Source: the human T2T-CHM13v2.0 reference genome, Homo sapiens. Taken from it: DNA of 64,000 bases. This document shows, piece after piece, positions 1 to 17,380 of this stretch. The stretch lies in NCBI RefSeq assembly GCF_009914755.1, contig NC_060927.1; one strand, 5' to 3'. Position 1 is the first letter of the stretch; the number at the start of each line of letters is the position of its first letter. The translations under genes were made by a program, and so were the position numbers. The notes beneath the pieces are model-generated. The model saw nothing but the letters and a program-made list of their open reading frames with translations, ran no database searches and was not told where the DNA came from.

Positions 1-1620
1 CCTCGTCATACCTGAAACAAGCTGGTTCTTGCCTAAGGCCTGTTGTGACTATTCCTTGGATACTGCTGAGTTTGTCCAAGGCCCAAGGCCTCTGTCAGCG
101 GGTGATGAATCCTGCCAGGACTAAGTCTTTTCCTTCAGTGCAGCAGGTTCCCTTCTGGCCCAAGGTGGGTCTAAAAATGCCCTCCATGAGCTAGGGACTG
201 GTATCAGGGACTTTAGGAATTGGCTTGGTGCTTTCTTTTACTGGGGTTGAGCTAATACTCAGGTTGCAAGACAGAATCCTCTTTACTTATCCCTGTCCTT
301 TCCTGAAGCAGAATCTCTGCCCACGGCCATAACTGACCCAGATTTGTGGTGACTGTAGCCTGGATATCACTGGTGTTTATTCAAGACCCAAGGGCTCTTT
401 AGTCATAAAGTGGTGACTTCTTCCAGGACTCAGTCTGTTTTTTCAGGGTAACAGGCTTCCTTCTGGCCCAAGGTGGGCCTAAAAACACTCTCCAGGAGCT
501 AAAGCCTGGAAGTAGGGCATTTAGGAGTCTGAGTGGTGCTTTATTTTACTGTGGCTGACCATGTGCCAAAGTTGTAAGACCCTTCCCTCTCTTTTCCTCA
601 AACAGAAGGAGTCTCTTCTTATGGTCACCACAGCTGGGAGTGTCCTGGGTCACACCTGAAGCCAGCATAATATTGGGTCTTTCCCAAGGCCCATGGCGAC
701 TGCTGCCTGGCTACTGCTGATGTTTATTCAAGGCTCAAGGATTCTTAAGCCAGCAGGTTGTAAATTCTGCCAGAACTGGGTCCTTCTCTTCAGGCCATTG
801 GAATCCTTTGTGGCCCTGGGTGGGTCTAAAAACATCATCTGGGAGCTATGGCCTGGAATGGGGACTTCAGGACTCTGCTTGCTGCTTCATTTTTACTGTG
901 GCTAAGCTGGAATCCAAGTTGCAAGACAAAGTCCTCTTTACTCTTCCGTCTTCTCCCACAGTTGCAAGCTGCACTGCCTAAAGTTGGGAGAAGGGTGATG
1001 CAAGTATCCCCTTAGCCAACCCAGCTGGTATCTCACTAGGTCATATGTACCCAACGTCCAATGGCTTCAAACCCAGCACAGCACCAGACCTTCCCCAGGA
1101 ATTAATTACAATCCTTGTGGCCTAGACTGCCTTTCAAGTTTATTTAGAAACCCATTGTGCTTTAGCCCACTGTGATGGGTACAGCTAGAACTCCAGTTCT
1201 GATAACTGGGACGGATGATTTCCCCTTGGGTAGCGCTGGTCTAAATGCTTCCTCCAAGCTGGCCAAATCTGCTCCGTGTTGCTTTCTGCTGTGACAGGGC
1301 AGCACTGAGTTCCAATGCAAACTTCCAATTTCCCAGTGAAAACTTCACTACATTTTCCTTCCCCCAAGAGCACAGATTCTCTCTTCCCACACCATTTGAC
1401 ACTGCTGGGAGATAGGAGAGGGGCGGTGTAGACAATTCAAGACTGCCTTTTCTACCATCTTTCCTGCTTCTTTCCTTGATATGATGTTAGAACTGGGTAC
1501 CATGATTGCTCACCAGATTTTTGGTTCTTATGAAGGTACCTTCTTCTGTGGATAGTTGTTCAATTTGATGTTCCTTTGGGGGAACAATCATTAGTGGGTT
1601 CTGTTTGGCCATCTTGCATC
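1..1620 (-). mobile_element. 5' UTR of an old L1 (L1M1/L1MA-type 5' end); the element continues off the left edge
   Basis: The minus strand starts with the YY1 motif CAAGATGGCC (1616-1607), then ...CACCTTCATAAGAACCAAAAATC-like L1M1 5' sequence and degenerate ~310-350 bp tandem units. Confidence 0.75.
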
Positions 1621-1849
1621 ACCTCTATTTATTTATTTTTATTTATCACATACTAGTGTAGGCATTAATTAGCTATAGACTATCTGTTTCTGGAGCTTGG
1701 AAGACAGATCCAGGCTAAAAAAAAATATTGAGAATCATGCATGCTTAGAGAACAGTTAAATTTATGACATTCGGAGAAAATCTATAAGATAACACAATAA
1801 AACAAAATAACAGTTAAATTCATGATGTTTGGATAAAATGTATAAGATA

Positions 1850-2825
1850 ATGGAAAAAACAAAGAAGAATTCCAAGAACTAAGCCCTGCAGCACTCCAAC
1901 ATTTAGAAGTCAGGGTGGGCAATGAGGAACTAGCAAATAAGACAGAGACGATGTGGTCAGGAAGACTGGCAAAACAGTCCGGTAAGATGAGGACTGAGCT
2001 GACCTTTGGATTTAGCAGCATGAAGTCATTGGTGACCTTAAAAAGAAGAGTTTCAGTGAACAGGTAAAGGAAGCAATGCCTATTTGGAGTAGATTAAAAA
2101 AAAAGTTTAGAAGAAAGAAAGAAAGCTCTTTCAAAGTGTTTTTCTATAAGGGGAAAAGGAATAGGTGGGGTTGAAGTAGAGAGAAAAATGAAGTGAAGAG
2201 AATATTTTTAAGATAAAAGAATAGTGTATTTTCATATTGATGAGAAATACCCAGTAGAGAATGAAAAATGATGTATCAGGAGAGAATGGAAGGAACTGTT
2301 ACAGGATGGAATGGGACTAAAAAGAGGACAGAGCAAAGGTATAAGTGGAAGGGAAGGCCACTGCAAAGAGAACAGATGTTTATCCAGAGGTAAAGGAGTG
2401 ATGGCAGAGCGTATGACTACAGATCCAGGCAGCTAGGGAGATATCACAGAGGGAGTTTTTGAAAGTTCATGTTGATCGCTTCCACTTTTATAGTCAGAGT
2501 TATCTCCTGAGAATACAGATGAGAGAAAGCTATTAAACCTTAAGGGAAAGTATGAAAGAATCATCCAGTGGGTTGAGAGAAGGTATAAGTCAGGGAAACA
2601 TAATATGATTATTTTGTAGCATTAAGAACTCACTGGAGGCTGATGCTAATGAATTTAAAATAAAACAAGCCAGTATGGAAGTCTGAACAAACATATTAAG
2701 TATGTTCACCTGTAGGGGTGCAGGCCTGAAGTAGGAGAATTGCATTATATAACTAGAGTTGACATTTTGTTCATCAATTGATAAAGAGGAAAAAACGTTT
2801 AGGGTATATGCAAAGAAGTGATTAT
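1850..2825 (-). mobile_element. L2 LINE fragments
   Basis: Typical antisense L2 phrases: cactccaacatttagaagtc and gatgaggactgag...tttggatttagcagcatgaagtcattggtgacctt. Boundaries approximate. Confidence 0.6.
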
Positions 2826-2830
2826 AGTGG

Positions 2831-3180
2831 TGCTATGGTCTGAATATTAGTGTCCATGTCAAATTCATTTGTTGAAATCTTAACCCCCGTGGTGATGGTA
2901 TTTGGAGGCAGGATCTTGGGTCACAAGGGTAGAACCCTCATGAATGGCAATAGAGCCCCTATAAAAAAAGGAAACAGACCTTTTGCACCTTCTGACATAT
3001 GAGAACACATGAAACAGTGCCATCTATGAACTAAGAAACGGACATTCATCAGATACCAAATCTGCTGGTGTTCTAATTTTGGACTTCCCAGCCTTCAGAA
3101 CTGAGATAAATACATTTCTGCTATTTAAAATCTACCCAGTTTATGATATTTTGTAATAGCAGTTCAAACACACTAAGACA
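2831..3180 (+). mobile_element. MaLR solo LTR (MLT1A/MLT1A0-like)
   Basis: Starts tgctatggtctgaat, contains ggacttcccagccttcagaactgaga, ends actaagaca. Confidence 0.8.
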
Positions 3181-5351
3181 AATGATAAAATACACAATTT
3201 AAGCTGAATAAGGAGGGAACTAAGAATAAGATATAGGTAAGTTTCAGAGGATAGTTGGCAGAATCAATGCAAAAAATTAGCCCAAATTTATTTCAACATA
3301 TGCCACAATATACTATAAGACCAATGTTTCACTGAATTCATTTTCTGAAAAAAATTCCTCTAGATGAACTGTAGAAACGTTACTTAATAGTAATAACAAT
3401 TAATGGTCTTTATTAATATTTCAGATTGTTTAAAGATCTAGTGCATAAGAGATAGTAATATTATAAATACTTAATAATTTACCCATGTCTTTATCTAAAA
3501 GGCACTAAAAGTATATTTATACTTAATTGTGATTTCTTTCTATTCTGAAATTCTAAAAAATATATCTTATGTAAAGCGCTAAAGATATTTTAAAATTTAA
3601 GGAAGAGATTAACCCAACCAAGTTATTCACTGAGTATTCGGTTAACTTATGAAAATGTAACTCAAAAGATTCAGACTGTGTAAACACTATAAAGTTACTG
3701 TAAATTGTTCTGTTTTAAAATGAAAGGGTTAGACTAGAAAATTTCTATAGTTTCCCCAAGGACTAAAATTATAGGTATTTATGAAAGCTAATTGACTTAT
3801 TAAATGAAAGTGCAGCTAATTTATCTCTTTTAATAAAAATAAAGCTAGTTTTACAAGAATAATCTTTAAAAAATACCCTCAAATACCCTTCCTGGAGATA
3901 TAAACAAAGGATTTGGATTCTTAAATATCTCCAGCTTTGGGAAATACTTCGTATCTTCAACATCCTTCTTTTTTAATTTCACAAGAAAATTTCCTTAATA
4001 TCCTTCTTAATAACATGAAAATCTGAAGTTTAAAAAAGCAGTCTCCTCAGATTATGCAGTAGAATACTGAACATAAACTCTCTATATCTCTATATGGGGT
4101 GTGCCTGTGTGTGAAAGACAGGGAGGGAAGGAGAGGCAGGAAAAGAGAAGAGGAGGGAGAGAGAAAGGTTATATAACAGACATATCAAAAAAACTGCTAT
4201 AATTGTATGCTAGAATACAGCATTATAATCACATTAAAATAAGAATGATTAAATTTCATACAGACTGCGTATCTGGTTTGAGGCAAGATCAAGTAATAAG
4301 CCCATTACTTAATTTTTTATATTAATTTTTATTTCTACTTAGAGGACTGGGGGGAGATACTCTATTCTTTCTACTACATAGAACTGAAAACCATAAACAA
4401 AATATATCAAGCAACTATCAGAAGACTCTGAAAAATTCAGAAAAGAAGTAAGACTACACAGAGACCTCAGTACTCAAGGAATGGCTTCGAAGCCATTCCT
4501 TGCTCTGCACTAAGACAAGCAGAGGGGCCATCCTACTTTTCTCCACAAACAAAGCATCTGTGGAAATTGCTCTTAGCACCCCCCGACTTCTAACTACTAA
4601 GTGAAGGGATAATTGTGACAGATAATATTGCCAGAAAAAAAAACAACCTCTTTTTGTATGAAAATCTGAACAGCTCCATGAGTGGTCCATATAAGAAACT
4701 GCATAGAATGTTCTGTAAACTATAGAAAGGCAGAAAAGGGGAAACAGACAGAAAATCAGGGAGAACAAACAGAAAACAAATGATCAATTTATAGACTTAA
4801 ATACTAAAGTATCAATAATTTCATACAATATAAATTGCCTAAATACACCAACAAAAACAGATCATCAGAATGACTAAAACCTAACAACTATATATTATCA
4901 ATGAGAAATGAACTGTAAATATTATATAGGTTAGTTAAAAGGAAAAGGACAGGAAAATAAACACTAGTCAAAGAATACTGGAGTGTTATATTAATATTAA
5001 ACAAAATGTAATTCAGAACAAAAAAATTACAAAGGCTCAACTTACCAAGAAGATATAATGCTAAATGGATATGTCCCTACCATGGAACTTCCAAATGCTT
5101 GAAGCAAAAATGGCAAAACTGAAAGAAAAAAAATTATTAGGGACTTCCAAACCTCTCTCTTAGCAATCATTAAAACTACTAGACAGAAAATCTGGAAGAA
5201 TATGGAAGATCTAAACAACATCGTCAACCAACAAAATCTAACTGACAATTACAGAACACTCCACCAAACAGTGGCAGAATACATATTTTTTCAAGCATAC
5301 ATGGGACATTTACTAAAAGAGGCCATACCTAACATATAAAACAACTCTCCC

Positions 5352-5700
5352 TGTTTTAGTTCATTTTGTGCTACTACAACAGAATCCCTAAGACTGTATA
5401 ATTTACAATGAACAGAAGATTATTTGGCTCACAGCACTAGAGGCTGAGAAGTCCAAGATTGAGGGTCCATAGCTGGCAAGGGCCTCCCTGTTGCTTCATA
5501 CCATGGCAGAAGGTAGAAGGACAAGAGAGAGAGATAGTGATAAAAGAGGGGTCTAACTCATACTTTTATAAGGTACCCACTCTTGGCCATAATCGCATTA
5601 TGACAGAACCCTCATAGCCTAGTCACCTCTCATTAGGTCCAACCTTCCAACACTAGTACGTAGAAGATTATGTTTCCAGTGCATGAATTATGAAAATGAC
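5352..5700 (-). mobile_element. MaLR solo LTR (MST family)
   Basis: Reverse MST LTR: tgttttagttcattttgtgctactacaacagaat...ggctcacagcactagaggctgagaagtccaagattgaggg. Confidence 0.75.
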
Positions 5701-6024
5701 TGCATTCTACAAATTAAAAATAATTAACAATCATACAAAGTATATCCTTTGATCATAAGAGAATCATAGTAGAACTCTTAACCAGAAAGAAAACAGGAAA
5801 ATCTCCAAACACCTGGTTAGCCACTTTTCCCAGTCCTATTCAACAGCATACTGCAAATCCTAGTCAGTATAAAGAAGCAAGAAAAGAAAAGACTTACAAA
5901 TTGAAAAGAAACAAAATCATCCTTATTTATAGACATATTGGCAACTTCAAAATTTGCAAAGAATGTACAAGAAAGCTCCTATAACTAGTAAGAGAGCTCA
6001 GCAAGTTCAGCAGATATAAGGTCA

Positions 6025-6078
6025 ACACACACACACACACATACCCCAACATACACACATACCCCAACATACACACAT
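6025..6078. repeat. (CA)n plus 18-bp tandem duplication (acacacataccccaacat x2)
   Basis: Directly visible; units at 6035-6052 and 6053-6070. Confidence 0.85.
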
Positions 6079-6782
6079 AACTTATTTTTGTATACAAGCA
6101 ATAATAATTGAAAACAGACATTTAAAATACAATTTATAATAGTTTCAAACACTGTAACACCTCAGTATAAATCTAACACTCCAGGCACTGTATGTTACAT
6201 CTACAAAGCCTTAAATAAATGGAGAAACATACAACATTCATAGAATGAAAGACTCAACATAGTAAAAATGTCAACTCTTCTTAAATTGATCAATGGGTTT
6301 AACGCATTCTTATCCAAATCCCAGTAAAATCTTTGTAGATTTAATAAGCTGACTCTACAACTTAAGGGAAGAAAAAGAAATTAAGTAGCTACAACAGCTA
6401 AAATTATTTTGAAAAAAGAATAAAATTTAAGTCACCAAATTACCCACTGTTAAGACTTACTATAGAACTACAGTAATTGGCCATTGTAGTTTTGGTAAAA
6501 AAGTATAGACACAGACCAATATAACAGAAGAGAGAGTCCAGAAATTGACCCACACAAGTACAGCCAACTGATACTTGTCAAAGTTGCAAAAACAATTAAA
6601 TAAAGAAAGGTTAATCTTTTAATAAATGATACTAAGACAATTGCACATCCACAGGCAAAAATAATAACTTTAACCTCACACTTTATATAAAAATCAACTG
6701 AAAATGGGTCACACCCTTGACATAAATATGCTACAAAATTAGTAAGAGAAAAAAGAAGAGAAAGTCTTGTGACCTAGCGTTA

Positions 6783-7127
<345 letters not shown>

Positions 7128-7376
7128 GTATCAACAATCTACATCTCATCAAAATTAAAACCCTTTCTCAGTTAAACACATTGCTAAAAAATGACAAGTT
7201 ATAGATTGAGAGAAAATATTTCAAACCCACATTAGAAGCAAATGATCCATTTTCAGAATATATAAAGAATGCTATAAAATCAATAATAAGGGTAGGAAAA
7301 ATCCAATTTACAAACCAGAAAAAGAGTTAAACAGACATTTGATCAAAAAAGATATGTAGATAACAAACAAGCATAT

Positions 7377-10505
<3,129 letters not shown>

Positions 10506-12509
10506 AAGAATAGTTCATTAAGTAGAGATATAAGTTGTCAAGCAAACAACAAAACACATGAGAAGATAAGGGACATCATTCGTTATTTGGAAAATGTAAA
10601 TAAAAGCGTGAAATAAAAGATAGTGAAATATATCTACACTCCCATTAAAATGGCTAAAATGAAAAGAATATACTGACAGGTTACATCAAGAACTGATGAG
10701 GATATAGAGAATCTCTCACATATTGTTACTGGAAATATACAATGGTACAGCCACTTTGGATTCATTGTGGCAGTTTCTTATAAAGCTAAACATATATTAC
10801 CACCCAACCCATCAATTTCATTCCTAAATATCCTAGAGAAACGAAAATTTATTTCCTCACAGAACTCTGTACATAAATGTTTATAGGAGCTTTGTAATAT
10901 TCAGAAGTCTTTCAACTAGTGAATGAATAAACAAACTGTAGTACATCATCTATACAATGAAATAATACTCAGCAATAAAAAGGAACAGAATATTGATAAC
11001 ACAACATAGATCTTAAATTCATAATGCTGCCTAAAAGAAACCATTCTGGAAGAATAACATTATATGCTGTGTGGTTCTATTTATACAACATTTTCAAAAT
11101 GACAAAATTATAGCAATGGGGAACAGGCCGAGGTTGGGGAAAGGGAGTTAGAGATTAGTGTTATGAAGATGTTAGGAGTAGAGCAATTGTGTATCCCGGT
11201 TGTGGGCATGGTTATGAAAATGTATCTATGTGATAAAATTTCATAGAACTATACCCCCCCAAAAACATGTAAAAGCTAGTACGATCCAAATAAATTTGTA
11301 GTTTAATAGTATACCAAAGCCAGTTTCCTCATGTGATAAAGTACTATGGTTTTATAAGGTTAACATTACCTTTGGGGAAAGCTGAGTGAAGGGTACATGA
11401 AAACTCCCTGTATTATTTTTTGAAACATCTGAAATTATTTCAATAAAAAGCTAAAATGCATTGGAAAAATAACATACATTTTGTGGGAAAATTTGAATCA
11501 ATATAAATTCTCAAGGTATGGCCATTTCTAAAATTACTTCCTTGAAGGCCAAGGGGCAGGGCAAGGTTGTCCTAGAGTTAATTAGTTCCATTATTATCAG
11601 AAGACAAATGAGACAATACAATACCCTACTTTTTTAGTCATCCAGGTTTTGGGGTTGCTGACCCTTAGGTTTACAAAGAATAAGGTACACTGAAGCTCAA
11701 ACAATTGTTGAACTTAAACACAAATTGTATATCAATATCACCAGGATTCATGTCCTGAGCAATTTATAGTACAACAAATTCTCAGAGATTAAGAGATTTA
11801 CTGTAGCCCATTTGAAAGCCAACTATTTAAAAGGCAACATATTTCATTACTTAAAAACATAAGAGAGGTTTATACTGTTCCTAAAATAATAAGAGAACAC
11901 AAAATAATAACAAATCATTCTCTTGGATGCCGAATGTACAACAATAAAGATTTACCAATTCTTCAGAGGGTGGCACAGCATTGTTCCCAATGCAATATTT
12001 CATTAAAAAAAAATTAGCTGGCAAGACTAGTTTTCAAAGAACATATTCTCTTTCTCCTGAAATCATCTTATAAATAGAGCAAAATGACACAAAAATACAT
12101 AACTTCATTTGAAATGTACACTTTGAAAGAATATGAATTGTTTTCACACTTACACTGTTATAAATCTTGATTTTGTTTACATCTTGAGAAAGACAAAGAA
12201 GGAATCCTAGCTAAACTTTGCTGAAATTTCCAAGATTAAGAAGGCCAATCCTCAATTATTTGCACCAATGGAGGAAAAGACCATCATGGACTTCAGCCTT
12301 AAGGGTCTCTGTGGTGGGACCCGCGGTAGTTCACTGGCCTGCTGTTCACCTTGTGGTGGCAAGAATTAGGTTAAGAACCAAAAGCACCGCCCCTGGGGGA
12401 GGAGGAGGAGGAGGGTAGCACATCAAGAATCAGAAATTAGCTCTGGTGAACAAATACCTTGTGTCAATACTTACTACCTGTTATCTCTGAATTTACAGTG
12501 ATCTAATGA

Positions 12510-12625
12510 AGTCGTTATTCAGTTTTCAATTTTATAACTGAGGAAGCTAAGGCCTAGAAACAGTAAATACCTTGACCAAGGACAATTAGCAAAGTTCAGT
12601 GATCTTTATCCCAAAGACAGTACTG
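12510..12625 (-). mobile_element. MIR fragment
   Basis: ttttataactgaggaagctaaggcctagaaacagtaaataccttgaccaagg core. Confidence 0.6.
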
Positions 12626-13788
12626 TTTGCCTTGTGGCATTTTATTGCCTCTTAAGCATGTACGTATTGGAAGACAATGACTGACATTGCATTTCAACAT
12701 TTAACCACATGACTTATGGTTAAATGATAGCCAATTTTACAGACAGTTAGAAAGCATCATCAGGTTGACAGTTTATTGTGAGTAACTGAAACATGAGAAG
12801 AAGACTGTAATTCTCAGGCACAAAGAGCTTGAAAGAACCTTGGAAAACACCCACACCTAACCCAGGATGAAATGTTTAGTCCACAGTATTATTGGGTGTT
12901 GTTGTTTCACTGTACCATGTTATATTTTCTTCAGTATGTTCTTTACTAGTGTTTTTACTATGTGTTTTTAACTAAAAAAAATTTCTTTACCAGCTTTTTA
13001 CTAGGAGTTTATATGTATAATAAATTAGATTTTGGGAGATTCATTTCAAATTCAACAATTGTTATTTCTTTGGTTTATTCGATATTATCTCCATAGCTCT
13101 TTTCCTTATGGTTTGAAAACAAAGCCAAATTTAAATTGGTGACGTATAATAAAAGTCCAATGTAGAGAACGAATCAAACCAGATGGTTTAATTCTGCTGA
13201 AGTTATGAACAAAAGCAGCTATAAAATCAATTTGTTTGTATACATATTTATTGCTTTATTAACATTTTAATTTGTTTAACCTGTAGCTGCTCTCTCCTTC
13301 CTCCTCTACGGTGGTCTCCAACCCGAGAAACATATCCGCACAGATTGTGTTAATGGTATAGACTAGATCAATCCAAGTCATTGCTCTCTGGAAGCCATCA
13401 GCCAAACAGCCTCAGCAGGTGATGAGTGCAGGAAAGACGAATGAGATCAATGAGGTTACTAACCTTGTGGAGTTTATTTCCCAGCTTCCTCCTTGTAGGT
13501 CACATGGGTCTGCCTGTTTTCCCAAGCCTAAGGACACAGCTTCTCTCAAAACAGCCATCTCCACAGGATATTATCCTCCCCGGGTTCCAAAAAGTTCTCT
13601 CCTCTTACCCCATAAAGAATAGCAATAGTAACCCTCACTATTAACAGTCCCAGGATACTGCACTATTACTTGTAGTTTCCTTTTTCACTGCCCGTAAGTT
13701 TGAATGAGTCATTTGTTTCCTCTGGGGTCATGAATGACAATAATAATAAAAAAAAAAGAGATTCATTTGATATATTCTATTAAATCGG

Positions 13789-13789
<1 letters not shown>

Positions 13790-13820
<31 letters not shown>
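13790..13820. repeat. (TG)n microsatellite in place of the Alu poly(A) tail
   Basis: About 16 TG units directly abutting the Alu 3' end. Confidence 0.95.
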
Positions 13821-13822
<2 letters not shown>

Positions 13823-14091
13823 CGGAGTCTCACTCTGTCGCCCAGGCTGGAGTGCAGTGGCACGATCTCCGCTCACTCTAAGCTCCGCCTCCCAAGTTCA
13901 CTCCATTCTCCTGCCTCAGCCTCCGGAGTAGCAGCGACTACAGGCGCCCACCACCACGCCTGGCTAATTTTTTTGTTTGTTTTAGTAGAGACGGGGTTTC
14001 ACCGTGTTAGCCAGGATGGTCTTGATCGCCTGACCTCCTGATCTGCCCGCCTCGGCCTCCCAAAGCGCTAGGATTACAGGCATGAGCCACC
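13821..14091 (-). mobile_element. AluY-like, slightly 5'-truncated
   Basis: aagctccgcctcc, ccattctcctgcc and ccgtgttagccaggatgg diagnostics. aaatcgg is repeated at 13782-13788 and 14093-14099. Confidence 0.92.
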
Positions 14092-15009
14092 AAAATCGGG
14101 CATGTGTTTTACGCATTTAAGTTAAAATAAAGACAACTAAATGCAAAGTAAACAGGGGAAGACCTTTTTCACACTCCCACACCTCTGTGCTCTCCAGAAG
14201 TACCCACTATTTACCATTTCCCATGTATGCACTAGACCTATTTCTATTGATTCATACACACACTTGCAGATAATTGTTCTCTTTGGCATACTGAGATAAC
14301 ACGATATATATTTTTCTGTGATTTGCCTTTAAATATTCCTATATTGATGGCCTTTTAGATTTATTAAACTTTCACACTGTTACCAACAGTAATGTAATGA
14401 ACATCAACATATTAACAAATTCCTCCAAAATTTTTACTTAAGATTATGTTCTTAATTTAAACAATTTTATTAAATGTCTGATCTAGTGATTAAATTTCAT
14501 TTGGAGTTTGAATTCATCTTCCAGCTCAGTAAAACTTTCTGATCTTAAATTCATGTACTATTGTAACTACACAATGTATTATTTCTTTGTCATTAACATC
14601 ATACACACTAATATCTTATTCATTTTTAATATTAACAGCTTTCCAGAAGAATTTTTAAAGGCTTAAAAATGTATAATAGGGGTTCAAAGTAAGTATTGTC
14701 AGCTACATTTCATGTTATCTTTGATTTTGAACATGAGCATTTTATAGAAAGACTGACTGAAGAGTGAAATGTTGCTGGGGATATTTGTATAATGTTTTAT
14801 AAAAGAATGTGGGAAAAATATTTGATAAAAAATTTGCATGAGCTTTGACAACTACAAAAGAATTCAATTTTTAGCTACATTTAAGTAGTTATAATTTTAC
14901 AAAAAATAACTACAGAACCAGGGGTTCAAAAATAGAGACAACATTTACAGGACAAATATAGGTTTAAATTATTTTAAACTTGAAGAGATTTTATACATTT
15001 AAAGAATGT

Positions 15010-15290
15010 GGTCAGGCATGGTAGCTCACACCTGTAATCTCAGCACTACTGGAGGCCAAGGGTGGCAGATCACTTGAGGTCAGGAGTTTGAGACTAGCCT
15101 GGCCAATAGGGTGAAACCCCCTCTCTATTAAAAATACAAAAAATAAATTACCCAGGTGTGGTGGTGCATGCCTTCGAGCTACTGCGGAGGCTAAGGCAGG
15201 AAATTGCTTGAAGACAGGAGGCAGAGGCAGCAATGAGCCAAGATCATGCCACTGCACTCCAGCCTAGGCAACAGGGTGAGACTCCATTTC

Positions 15291-15317
<27 letters not shown>
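15010..15317 (+). mobile_element. Alu (AluSx/Sz-like)
   Basis: Dimer with 27-nt A tail; aaagaa(t/c)g flanks. Confidence 0.95.
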
Positions 15318-15321
<4 letters not shown>

Positions 15322-15727
15322 GCCTTTCAAACACTTACTTTTATTTTTAGTGAATAGCAAATTTAAGTTAGTCATCATTAGTAGATATCACCAATAGTAC
15401 ATAGTGATCAGCAGTATTCAAAATTTTTATTTATTATTATGTGTACAATTATTCAAGTAAATAAGCAAGTTCATATTCACAACAATTATAAAATAAAATA
15501 CATTTATTCTCTTAGCTGTATTTTCAAAATCAAACTCCTAAAGATTCAAAATCAAAGGCTTAAAGATCATTTACAGCTTTATCACAACTTTGGTTCATGA
15601 AATTATGGTTAAATAAGTTTGCTTGATGAAAAACATATAAAATATTTAGACATGTAACACTTCCTTATTTAATAGGTAATCATAATCAAGACAGAGCTAA
15701 CTAGAAATACAGTGTTGAAGATACATA

Positions 15728-15754
15728 TGTGTGTGTGTGTGTGTGTGTGTGTGT
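15728..15754. repeat. (TG)n microsatellite
   Basis: Directly visible. Confidence 0.95.
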
Positions 15755-15961
15755 AGTCACAATTAGTTATCAGTGATACTACATACTTATCAGCAGTACT
15801 CAAAATGTCCTATGTACATACACACATACATTTGTATATATAAAAGGTGAGCTATTACTAGAGACTTTCTTTGAGCTTTAGCAACTATAACATACTTTTT
15901 AATTTTACCTTCTTTATGGATATGTTCTCTCTATGCCTTGCAACCACCATAAATAAAGTTA

Positions 15962-16013
15962 TTAGGTTGGTGCATTAATGGCAAAAACCACAATTACTTT
16001 TGCATCAACTTAA
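15962..16013. mobile_element. MADE1 (Hsmar1-derived MITE) with left-arm deletion, inside a MIR
   Basis: ttaggttggtgca...ttaatggcaaaaaccacaattacttttgcatcaacttaa flanked by TA on both sides. Confidence 0.85.
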
Positions 16014-17269
16014 TACAATTTGTGAATCTGATGTTGAAGATACAGAGGTTAAGAAACTAAAATGCCTAAGCTTATACAGCCTGCAAGCAGGCCTTTATTT
16101 GAATGCAAGTTTCTTCTCTTTGAAGAAGTCTCCTCTCTTCATACACCTTGCTCTTTGAACTACCAATGCTCTTTACACACTAGACAGACTCTTTGCCTAT
16201 GAAGGCAATTTAGTCTCTAGTAAGACTAATGACACATGGAAGAATACTATTTTTTCCCATCCCTGACCATGTGGCATTTCCAAATTTATGTCTAAAGGAA
16301 TGAATGACTCTACAGGACAGAAATAACAAATATATGCGATTTTGGGGTTTTGAGTTACAAAAACTAGCTTAACTGGGATGGGGATGAGGAGTTAGCAGGA
16401 AGAAATCAGACCTAATCAGTACATTGATAAGAATAAATAAAGATTTAACTATTCTGTATTTATACCAGGAAATGATGCTTCAGAGAGTAGAGAGCCTAAG
16501 AGTGGAGGCCAGTGGTTTCCCCATCAAAGAGCTCTGTGTCTTAGCCACTGATCACTCTGGCCACTAATCCAAATCAACATGAGGGTTCCCAAACCTCCAA
16601 GTAGTTGGAAATAAGAGAGAAATGAATCATTTTCCCAATAAAACAGCAATGGAAACATTTGCTGTGATTATTAACAGCAACAGGATTCAAGCCAATGCAT
16701 AGAGTCTAGGTGGTCAGTGAAAGATGAGTGAAACAGTATCTGCTGGACTGATGACCACAACACATCCGCAGGGCCCTGAAATGAAGCAAGCTGTGAACTG
16801 CATCAAACACAATAAAGGTACAAGTACTTCAGGAGTCATGCAAACATTCGAAGAAAGGATTAATTAGTCTAAGAGGGAACCATCTGGTCTACTAAAAAAG
16901 TAGCAAAGTTTCATTTGTACTTATAGGATTTCACCTCACAGTTCTACATTGTTTCACCAAACAGAAATATTCAGTAATATTCGTTTAATAGCTATAGTTA
17001 GAATAATTTTATTTCCTGTTAATTAAGCACGCTAAAATTAAAAGCATTCCACAGGTATTTCCCATTACCATCATTAACTGCAATAAACTGACAGACTACA
17101 ACAGTGGGTTGTATAGAATGAATTTTTTTGTATGTTTTTGTTTGCTTTCCCCTTTGTCTTAAAGATTGTGACTAGAATAAATCAAACTGAACATTTGAAG
17201 TAATATCTACTTAGGTCCTATTAAATATTATACCATGTATTATTATAATTTACTTTTTATGGTTGTCCA

Positions 17270-17380
17270 TTTTTATCAACTGCCTGTACTTGCTAAATTA
17301 TAAACTCCATGAAGGCAAAGATCTTTGCCTGCAAAAATAATAACTTTTCTCTAATATTTGTAAAATCAATGAATGAATAA
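17270..17380 (+). mobile_element. L2 3' end
   Basis: tataaactccatgaaggcaaagatc...aatatttg...aatgaatgaataaa. Confidence 0.6.

Noticed and set aside
12300-12420. GC-rich patch with a CTCF/GC-box-like motif and (GGA)n
   Set aside because: One G short of the CTCF core, too small for a CpG island, and no further support.
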